A stretch of 41,531 nt of DNA from an uncultured Desulfobacteraceae bacterium (GTDB taxonomy: Bacteria; Desulfobacterota; DSM-4660; Desulfatiglandales; HGW-15). Shown here piece after piece: positions 17,986 through 24,767 of the stretch. Within the stretch, counting starts at the first letter, position 1; each line of letters opens with the position of its first letter. Below the pieces are notes generated by a model, which was given only the letters and a program-made list of their open reading frames with translations, did not search any database and had not been told where the DNA came from. A program made the position numbers and the translations under genes. The stretch covers positions 1 through 41,531 of the forward strand of contig CAZAGT010000005.1 in assembly GCA_964484515.1 (NCBI GenBank), read 5' to 3'.

Positions 17986-18256
17986 ACCAGGAGGATCTCA
18001 GGATCCACCCGCACCCGATAACGGGGATTGATATGCTCAAACGCGATGACACCATCGGTCCCGATGACGAAGGCCGCCGGCCCCGGCAGGATGTAATGGC
18101 TCTCGCCGCAGGCATCCGCCCGATCGATCCCGAATTCCTTGTAACGCGAAAACGTCTTCTTGTCCAGCCGATGGCCGATTCCAAGCGCGATTGAGGCGCG
18201 GCCAAAGATGTCCTGAGGATGGGATGCGAAAATGGGAAGTTGTTCTTGCGCGAGCC
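17980..18256 (-). pseudogene. C-terminal remnant of a peroxiredoxin-like (AhpC/TSA, redoxin) gene
   Basis: Part of track ORF 17751..18311. ...LPIFASHPQDIFG...HYILPGPAAFVIGTDGVIAFEHINPRYRVRVDPEILL resembles the C-terminal third of redoxin-family proteins (recalled from memory of the family). The Cys-containing N-terminal part is absent. The fragment is bounded by the MFS stop codon on one side and repeat copy 1 on the other. Confidence 0.45.
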
Positions 18257-18259
18257 TTA
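18187..18259. repeat. copy B of the roughly 73-nt repeat (partner at 13688-13761)
   Basis: See copy A. Here the repeat lies within the redoxin remnant reading frame, and its last 3 nt are the MFS stop codon. Confidence 0.7.
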
Positions 18260-19444
18260 AAACCCGCCGACATGGCTGGTCCTGGCAAAATGCGGTGGAT
18301 AAGGCATACAAAGGGTAAATAACACCCCAATCAGCGGCATCCAGGTGGTGAGCCTCAGGACCATGACGACCCCCCAGTAATCCGCCAGCCAGCCTAGGAA
18401 GGTGGCTCCGATCCCGCCGGTGCCGATCGCAAAACCGACCATCAACCCCGAGGCCACTCCCAAACGGTCAGGAAGGATCTGTTGTGCCATTACGATCGTG
18501 ACCGAAAAGGTGGAGACCAGGACCGCTCCAACCAGTCCGAGGACGGGGTAGAGCCACAGTCCATCTGCCTGTAAGAAAAGCCAGAGCAAAGGGGTCATCA
18601 GCGCCATGGAAACGACAAAGAATCGTTTGTGGCCGAACCGGTCTGCAATGGGGGCTCCCAGGAGGGTTCCAAAGGCCCCGGCGATCAAAAAAACCGAAAT
18701 GAGCTTTCCCACCTGGATGGGATCCCCTTCCAGGACATTGACGAAGTAGAAGGGAATAAAAGCGACCAGCCCCATCTGGACCCACGATCGCATAGTCACG
18801 GCCAGAATGAGAAGTGTGAGTGAAATCCAGCGATTGCCGAGCGGTCGCGCGGTCGATGCCTCCCTGCTGACCAGATCCGAACTCTCCCGGCGTTGAGGTG
18901 CCAGCAGGGTCGGCGTCATCACGAATAAGATGGACGCCATGAGTATTCCCGGAACGGCAAAGAGCTCGGTCCCCTTCAGCCCCATCCAGTTGTAGGAGTA
19001 CACGGCCAAAAGAGGGCCCAAGGCGAATCCGAGGTTGCCGCCAACAGAAAAGAAAGACATGCCCGTTACTTTTCGGTCGCCGGTGAAATATTGCGCGACC
19101 TTGAAGCCTTCCGGATGATAGCAGGCGACGCCGAGACCGCTGATCAAGACCGCGAGTAAGAGATAGGCATAGTTGGGTGCGTAACCGAGGACGGAAAACC
19201 CCAAACAGGACACCGCCACCCCGGCGGGGAGCATCCAGATACCAGTCCAACGATCGGACAGATACCCCAAAAAGGGCTGTATGATCGAAGAAGTGATATT
19301 GCTCGTCATGAGGATCGCCCCAGAAGCGGCATAGCTCAGATCAAGCGTCTGCTTGATGAAGGGCAGCAGAATGGGGAGCCCGCCTTGGGTGATATCCGTG
19401 ATCAAGTGGCCTAGACTTAGGATTAAAAGGATCTTCAGGTTCAT
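18257..19444 (-). CDS. MFS transporter (Fsr / fosmidomycin-resistance-like)
   Basis: 12-TM-type hydrophobic profile and an N-terminus MNLKILLILSLGHLITDITQGGLPILLPF...LGYLSDR typical of Fsr-like MFS. The first 51 codons of the track ORF (from 19597) are non-membrane, R/P-rich and probably not coding. Confidence 0.8.
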   Translation of the reverse strand: MNLKILLILSLGHLITDITQGGLPILLPFIKQTLDLSYAASGAILMTSNITSSIIQPFLGYLSDRWTGIWMLPAGVAVSCLGFSVLGYAPNYAYLLLAVLISGLGVACYHPEGFKVAQYFTGDRKVTGMSFFSVGGNLGFALGPLLAVYSYNWMGLKGTELFAVPGILMASILFVMTPTLLAPQRRESSDLVSREASTARPLGNRWISLTLLILAVTMRSWVQMGLVAFIPFYFVNVLEGDPIQVGKLISVFLIAGAFGTLLGAPIADRFGHKRFFVVSMALMTPLLWLFLQADGLWLYPVLGLVGAVLVSTFSVTIVMAQQILPDRLGVASGLMVGFAIGTGGIGATFLGWLADYWGVVMVLRLTTWMPLIGVLFTLCMPYPPHFARTSHVGGF

Positions 19445-20114
19445 CGTTTCATATCGGTATAAACGGTTTCGGAAGGGCAATCTGGGTGCTGAGTTTGAAC
19501 CGCAGAATCTCGAAGCCATATGGCAGGGTTCCCGGTTCAGGGTTGATTGTTCGGGGTCAAGCAAAACCGCACAATGAAAACCCCGAGGCCTCTCCAAGAA
19601 GGCTCACTTCCCCATGTAAAGGCCGATGTGGCTTCAAATCGCGGGCTACGTCCGGCGCCTATGCTGACGCTTTTGTCCTGAACAAGCTTCCTACAGGCAG
19701 TTCGGGCACGAGAACTGAACTCTAAACCCCTGTACCTTTGAGCCCGTGAACGCCGAAATAGGTCACCGCCAAAACGGTCCTGCTTGATGCGAAGTCCCCT
19801 GTTCGAGTTTCGATGGATTTTCGCAGGGCTCTCGACGTCGACCCTTCGCTCGCAATGCATGAAGTTCGAACCCTTAACACGTAAGTCTTTGCACATCAAA
19901 CAGATTTCGTTTGGAAACCATCCCCGGAAAAGCGATTCTCGAGACACCTCCTCCTGGATTCCGGCACTGTCCGGGCGAAGGCGTTGTTCCATCTGTTCGG
20001 AAAATGGTTCACATCATTCTTTTTCTTCAACGCTGAAGAGAAAAAATGGCTCTTTATAACATCATGATTTCATTAATTATTATATTGATAAATATATTTT
20101 TTCGAAAAACTCTC

Positions 20115-20143
20115 TTGACAGAGGCAAAAAATCACCCTAAATT
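20115..20143 (+). promoter_or_regulatory. sigma-70 promoter candidate giving a leaderless or near-leaderless marR transcript
   Basis: TTGACA (20115-20120), a 17-nt spacer, then TAAATT (20138-20143). The ATG is at 20153, there is no SD, and the upstream region is AT-rich. Confidence 0.4.
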
Positions 20144-20152
20144 GTTAACTGT

Positions 20153-20632
20153 ATGAACGAAATAGCCATAGGAACCAATCAGGACCTTTTGAATTATCAA
20201 GCCCTCCGACTTCAGGAGCTGATGGCCGAGATGGTCCAGTGTTGCGACGATCGAAAGTTGTACGAATCTGAAAGGTTTCATGTGCCTCAGGCGGAGCTGA
20301 AGTGCCTCATGCTGTTTAACGGCCAACGATACCTGACGGTAAAGGACCTGGCAGGGAAGTTGGATGTGGCCAAGAGCCGCATAACCAAAATCGTCGATGG
20401 TCTCGTGCAAAAGGGCCTGGTCGAACGCATCGAGGATCCTAAAGACGCCCGCGTGAAACTCATCGGTCTGACTCCGGCCGGGAAGAAAGCATCTCAGGAA
20501 TTCGATGCCTTCCACAAGGAAATCCATCGAAGCATCCTTTTGCAGATCTCGCCCAATGAGCGCAAAAGCGTGCTCTCTCATCTTGAGATGCTGCGGTCGG
20601 CTATGGAAGCGGTGAAAGAGCAGCTGAAGTGA
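20153..20632 (+). CDS. MarR family transcriptional regulator
   Basis: Winged-HTH core LTVKDLAGKLDVAKSRITKIVDGLVQKGLVERIEDPKDARVKLIGLTPAG. Confidence 0.9.
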   Translation: MNEIAIGTNQDLLNYQALRLQELMAEMVQCCDDRKLYESERFHVPQAELKCLMLFNGQRYLTVKDLAGKLDVAKSRITKIVDGLVQKGLVERIEDPKDARVKLIGLTPAGKKASQEFDAFHKEIHRSILLQISPNERKSVLSHLEMLRSAMEAVKEQLK

Positions 20633-20705
20633 GGCCTTGAAACGGGCCTGACAGGGGCTATTCTAAGATAGGCGACCAATCCTTTGGGATTGCAAATAAA
20701 AATCT

Positions 20706-20718
20706 TTAACGATGTTAA
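20706..20718. promoter_or_regulatory. palindrome TTAAC-GAT-GTTAA, candidate MarR operator
   Basis: Lies 22 nt upstream of the dsrE-like ATG. The GTTAAC hexamer also occurs at 20144-20149, between the marR -10 element and its ATG. Confidence 0.3.
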
Positions 20719-20740
20719 CGAATAGGGTAGGGAGGATGTT

Positions 20741-21343
20741 ATGAAAGAAAATGTAGCCGCAAAGGCAGAAGTAGAGCATGAAGATTATCTCCAAAGACTG
20801 AAGGGACTGGAAGAGCAGATCTCGGGCATCAAATCGCAGTTCGAATCCCTTTCGAAGGGCACCCCTTCCAACAAACTCTCCATGATCGTATTCAGTGGGG
20901 ATTTGGACAAGGTCCTGGCCTCATTTGTCATTGCGACGGGCGCCGTCGCCATGGGCATGGAAGTGGTTATGTTCTTCACCTTCTGGGGGACTGCGGTGCT
21001 CAGGGACAAGAACAAGCCGGCTGGCGATAAAGATCTTATGGGTAAAATGTTCGGCTCCATGCTGCCCAAGGGGACATCTTCTGTGAAACTCTCCAAGATG
21101 AACATGGGCGGTATGGGAACGGTCATGATGAAATCCCTCATGAAGAAGAAGAACGTCGCCTCTTTGGAACAGATGCTCGAGATGGCCGGCGAACTGGGTG
21201 TCCGAATCTACGTATGTGAAATGTCGATGGACCTGATGGGGTTCAAGCGCGAAGAGTTTATCGACTATCCCTATATGGAATTCTGTGGTGTGGCAAAATT
21301 CCTGGAAGAAGCGAACGACAGCAGAGTACAACTCTTCATTTAA
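20741..21343 (+). CDS. DsrE/DsrF-like (DsrE_2-type) sulfur-carrier family protein with an N-terminal coiled-coil extension
   Basis: KLSMIVFSGDLDKVLASFVIATGAVAMGMEVVMFFTFWG plus Cys in IYVCEMSMDLMG, the pattern I recognise from DsrE_2 / 'peroxiredoxin family' proteins that co-occur with TusA. GGGAGG SD. Confidence 0.7.
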   Translation: MKENVAAKAEVEHEDYLQRLKGLEEQISGIKSQFESLSKGTPSNKLSMIVFSGDLDKVLASFVIATGAVAMGMEVVMFFTFWGTAVLRDKNKPAGDKDLMGKMFGSMLPKGTSSVKLSKMNMGGMGTVMMKSLMKKKNVASLEQMLEMAGELGVRIYVCEMSMDLMGFKREEFIDYPYMEFCGVAKFLEEANDSRVQLFI

Positions 21344-21357
21344 GGAGGCGAATCATC

Positions 21358-21600
21358 ATGGCTGAAGCAATCAAAGCAGACAAGGTAATGGACCTAAAGG
21401 GACTCCCCTGCCCGATGCCGGTTGTCAAGGTGAGCAAGGGAATCAAGGATGTCGAAGTGGGTCAGATCATCGAGGCGATCACCACCGACCCTGGAGCTTT
21501 GGCCGATTTTCCGGCCTGGGCGAGGACGAGCGGAAACGAGATCCTTGATACCGAGCAGGGAGACGGCGTGATCAAATTCTATATCAAACGTATCGCTTAG
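21358..21600 (+). CDS. tusA: TusA/SirA-family sulfurtransferase
   Basis: 80 aa with the LKGLPCPMPVVK active-site CPxP motif. AAGGAGG SD. Confidence 0.85.
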   Translation: MAEAIKADKVMDLKGLPCPMPVVKVSKGIKDVEVGQIIEAITTDPGALADFPAWARTSGNEILDTEQGDGVIKFYIKRIA

Positions 21601-21622
21601 TGCTTTTTGGGCTCCCTCTCAC

Positions 21623-21654
21623 GGGGGCGTTGCGACCTCAGACGCGACGCCCCC
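21623..21654 (+). terminator. GC-rich 12-bp hairpin after tusA (no U-tail)
   Basis: GGGGGCGTTGCG-acctcaga-CGCGACGCCCCC, with one G-U pair. Could act as a terminator, attenuator or RNA-stabilising hairpin. Confidence 0.3.
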
Positions 21655-21775
21655 AATCCCTCCCGAAAAGCAAGGACTTCCAGGATCGAACCAAATCGCG
21701 ACGACAAAAGTTCCCTTTCAACAAAGGGAGAGAGATCACGAATACTCACGAGACTGTCGAGAAATCGGTTTCTGA

Positions 21776-22055
21776 GAGGCTGATGGAAAATGTCCGGATG
21801 CAAGGCTTCTGAAACCGGGGACCCGCCCCGAAGGGGTGGGGACTGAGCCGAGCGAAGCGAAAGTGAAGAAATCCCGAGGAATGAGGCGTACGAGTTTTTC
21901 GGCTTGAGGCCTGAGGCTCAAGGTAAAAGCAAAGAAGGTCTTCAACTTGTCTTTCCTCATGCCCCATGCCTTGCGCCTTTTGTATACGCCGCAGTGACGA
22001 GGGATGAGGGTAATCCCGATGGAATCGGGACAGATGGGCGTTTTCCGACAGCCTT
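21776..22055 (+). repeat. copy 2 (long form) of the modular self-complementary element
   Basis: Same four blocks and the same closing helix as 17822-17985, but with three different inserts between the blocks. It ends 4 nt before the AGGGAGG SD of the dsrM-like gene. Confidence 0.7.
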
Positions 22056-22070
22056 TACAGGGAGGTTTCA

Positions 22071-22781
22071 TTGGAAACGGTATACTACATCATTTTGGTG
22101 CCCATGGTTTACCTTGCGTTTGCGGTATTCTTCGTTGGCATCGCGGTTCGACTCGTAAAACTCTTTAGCGCGCCGAAGAACCCCTCGACGCTCCAGGTCT
22201 TCCCCGAAAAAAGACCGCAACGGCTTTGGGCCTTGCATGACACCTTCCTGTTGCCCACCGTCAGGAGGCACAAACCGGTCCTGTGGGTCTTTCTAATGCT
22301 TTTCCACATCGCCTTTCTGCTGCTTATTATCGGGCATATTGAGCTTTTCGGCAATATCAGGATCTTTCAGGTGATTAAACATGAGGTGTTCCTGGGCAGA
22401 GGATTCGTCGGACTCGTTCTCACCATCGCGATCATCTACTTCCTCTTTAGGCGTTTTGTATCACCGACCAAGGATCTGTCCGTCCCCGAGGATTACTACC
22501 TCCTGATCCTCTTGTTTCTGACGGTGCTTTTTGGGAGCCAGATGGACTGGGCCCGGCGATGGTACGAATACAGCGACCTGTTGCCTGACGATTACCGTGA
22601 GTACCTCATGAGTCTGCTCTTTATGCGACCGAAGCTGTCACCCAACCTGACCCTTGCCGGGCACAGCTTCATGCTGGTGCTACATGTGTTCTTTGCAAAC
22701 CTGTTCCTCATGTTCTTTCCTTTCAGCCAGCTCATGCATTCCTTCATCGCGATGCCCATCAATAGATTGAGACGAGGTTGA
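22071..22781 (+). CDS. NarI/DsrM/HdrE-like integral membrane di-haem cytochrome b
   Basis: 236 aa with 5-6 TM helices. His residues are positioned in the TM helices (FHIAFLLLIIGHIELF; GHSFMLVLHVFFANLF...QLMH). TTG start 5 nt after AGGGAGG. Confidence 0.7.
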   Translation: METVYYIILVPMVYLAFAVFFVGIAVRLVKLFSAPKNPSTLQVFPEKRPQRLWALHDTFLLPTVRRHKPVLWVFLMLFHIAFLLLIIGHIELFGNIRIFQVIKHEVFLGRGFVGLVLTIAIIYFLFRRFVSPTKDLSVPEDYYLLILLFLTVLFGSQMDWARRWYEYSDLLPDDYREYLMSLLFMRPKLSPNLTLAGHSFMLVLHVFFANLFLMFFPFSQLMHSFIAMPINRLRRG

Positions 22782-22788
22782 TACGAGA

Positions 22789-24042
22789 ATGGACCAGAAG
22801 ACACGGGACGAACTCCTCAAGCTCTTTCAGAGCAAGTTGAATCAGGCTATGCGGTTCTACCTCGAGACGTGCACCCGATGCGGCGTCTGTACCGAGGCCT
22901 GCCATGTGTACGCTTCGATGGGGCAAACCAAGTATATTGCAGCGTACCGGGCCGAAATCGTACGCCGAATCTACAAGAAATATTTCAAGGCACGCGGGAA
23001 GATCTGGCCCTCCGTCGGAGAATCCAAAGACCTGAGCGAAATGGCCCTGGAAGAGCTTTACGAGGCCGCCTATTCGTGCACGGGGTGCAGGCGCTGCATG
23101 GTCTATTGCCCCTTCGGCATCGATACCCAAATGCTGATGTCAATCGCCAAGCTGCTCCTGGTCGGTGCCAATGCAGAGCCCGAGATCCTGACCATGTTAG
23201 CGGACACCTCCATCGAGAAGGGCAAATCGCTAGACCTTTTTAAGGAGCATTTCCTGACCGGTATCAAGAACCTCGAAGCTGAGGTAGTCGAAAAGTGGAA
23301 GGGTGAGGCGGGGAAAACACCGATCCCGGTCGATGTGGAGGGAGCGGACTTGCTGTACGTGGCCCTGGCCGGGGCGCACTCGATCGTACCCGCCGCAGCC
23401 GTCTTCAACGCCGCGCGCGAGAACTGGACCCTGAGCTTTTTTGAGGCGGTCAACTTCGGCGCCTTCGTGGGGGACCCGACGCGCACAAAGCTGATTCTGG
23501 ATCGGATCGTAAACGAGGCCAAACGCCTGCGTGTCAAGGAGGTCTGCATTTGCGAATGCGGGACCGCTTACCGGGTCATGAAACAACTAACCGGTAAGCA
23601 ACCGTTCAAGGTTTCGTCCATTACCGAGGTTCACGCCCGTTACATTCGCGAAGGCCGAATCAAGCTCGATAAATCGAAATTCAAGCAAGGGATCACCTAC
23701 CACGATCCCTGTCAGATTGCGAGGAATGGCGGTGTAATCGATGAGCCGCGTTACGTGCTCCGGAATCTCACGGACGATTACCGCGAAATGGCACCGGAGG
23801 TAACGTACAATTGGTGTTGTGGGGGTGGCGGTGGCTTGGTCGCACTAGGGGAAGAAAACTTGGATTTTCGCATGAAGTCGGCCAGAGTCAAAGCCGATCA
23901 GGTCAAGGAAACCGGAGCCAAGATCCTGGCAACGGCCTGTGAAAACTGCCACACCCAACTGAGCAATCTCAATGATCACTACGGCATGGGCGTTGACGTG
24001 CAGTTCCTGAGCTCCATGGTCGCCGACGCCCTGGTAAGCTGA
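22789..24042 (+). CDS. DsrK/HdrD-like CCG-domain iron-sulfur oxidoreductase
   Basis: CTRCGVCTEAC and CTGCRRCMVYCP (two 4Fe-4S ferredoxin motifs), plus C-terminal HDPC...NWCCGGGGG...CENC (CCG domain signature). Confidence 0.85.
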   Translation: MDQKTRDELLKLFQSKLNQAMRFYLETCTRCGVCTEACHVYASMGQTKYIAAYRAEIVRRIYKKYFKARGKIWPSVGESKDLSEMALEELYEAAYSCTGCRRCMVYCPFGIDTQMLMSIAKLLLVGANAEPEILTMLADTSIEKGKSLDLFKEHFLTGIKNLEAEVVEKWKGEAGKTPIPVDVEGADLLYVALAGAHSIVPAAAVFNAARENWTLSFFEAVNFGAFVGDPTRTKLILDRIVNEAKRLRVKEVCICECGTAYRVMKQLTGKQPFKVSSITEVHARYIREGRIKLDKSKFKQGITYHDPCQIARNGGVIDEPRYVLRNLTDDYREMAPEVTYNWCCGGGGGLVALGEENLDFRMKSARVKADQVKETGAKILATACENCHTQLSNLNDHYGMGVDVQFLSSMVADALVS

Positions 24043-24303
24043 GTAAGTGTCCGATCTTTGAGAGCCCGGTATTGGGTTAACTCTTAGGAAGGGGTAGGCT
24101 TGCCTTGCTCCCTACGGGGCAAGAGCTATTAGCTGCCCGTTCCTATGCTCTCTGAACGCACACAGACTTTTTGCTTTGCCGACACCTGCGAGGCAAAAAG
24201 GATCACTCTTCGGCCAAAAACTCATATATTATTGGGGGTTTTTCATTAGACGATAACTCTCTTATTCGAAATTCTATTCTACATCAAGAAAGGAGGAACA
24301 CCC

Positions 24304-24747
24304 GTGGAAGCGAACAAGGAAAAGGCGGCATTCATTTGCGTGAAGGACACCATTGACGGTGCATATCCCTCCCTCGTGCTTGCAATCAATGCGGCCCGCC
24401 AGGGCATGGAGAGTAAGGTCTTCTATTCGTTCATGGGTTTGAACATGGTGCTTCAGGGCGGAGCCGAGAGGGCCAAGTACTTTCCCCCGGGCGTCATGGG
24501 GGCCATTCCGGGTATGACCACTCTCGCCACCGGGATGATGAAGAAGAAGATCGACAAGGCCAACATCCCGAGCCTGGGAGAATTACAAGAAGTGGCTCAG
24601 CTCGAAGGGGTCGAGCTCATCGCCTGCAAGATGACCGTCGACATGATGGACATCGATGAGGAAAAACTGATCGAAGATGTGGTCGTCTGGACGGCTGAAG
24701 ATTTCCTGAAGTATGCCAAGGATTGTAAGATTTGCTTGTTCACGTAG
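24304..24747 (+). CDS. DsrE/DsrF-like (DsrE_2-type) protein, short paralogue
   Basis: 147 aa, collinear with the core of the 200-aa paralogue (YPSLVLAINAARQGMESKVFYSFMGLN; Cys in LIACKMTVDMMD). GTG start 7 nt after AAGGAGG. Confidence 0.7.
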   Translation: MEANKEKAAFICVKDTIDGAYPSLVLAINAARQGMESKVFYSFMGLNMVLQGGAERAKYFPPGVMGAIPGMTTLATGMMKKKIDKANIPSLGELQEVAQLEGVELIACKMTVDMMDIDEEKLIEDVVVWTAEDFLKYAKDCKICLFT

Positions 24748-24767
24748 CAGGGTGATCTCATGGGCTA

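Noticed and set aside
17986-17996. Apparent conservation of an SD-like tail (CACCAGGAGGATCTCA versus TTACAGGGAGGTTTCA) after both copies of the modular element
   Set aside because: In copy 1 this stretch is the reverse-strand coding sequence DPEILLV of the redoxin remnant, so the resemblance to the dsrM-like SD region is probably coincidental. Not counted as part of the element.
18468-19250. 260-aa reverse ORF in an alternative frame of the MFS gene
   Set aside because: R/G/P-rich and not hydrophobic. The overlapping frame gives a canonical 12-TM transporter.
19855-19880. GTTCGAACCC string resembling a tRNA T-arm (also GGTTCAAAC on the reverse strand near 19495)
   Set aside because: The flanking bases do not form the 5-bp T-stem, and no acceptor or anticodon arms can be drawn. 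Not a tRNA.
19537-19992. 151-aa reverse ORF in the MFS/marR spacer
   Set aside because: No SD, a Cys/Arg/Ser-rich non-globular sequence and no motif. Treated as non-coding (see the finding on this spacer).
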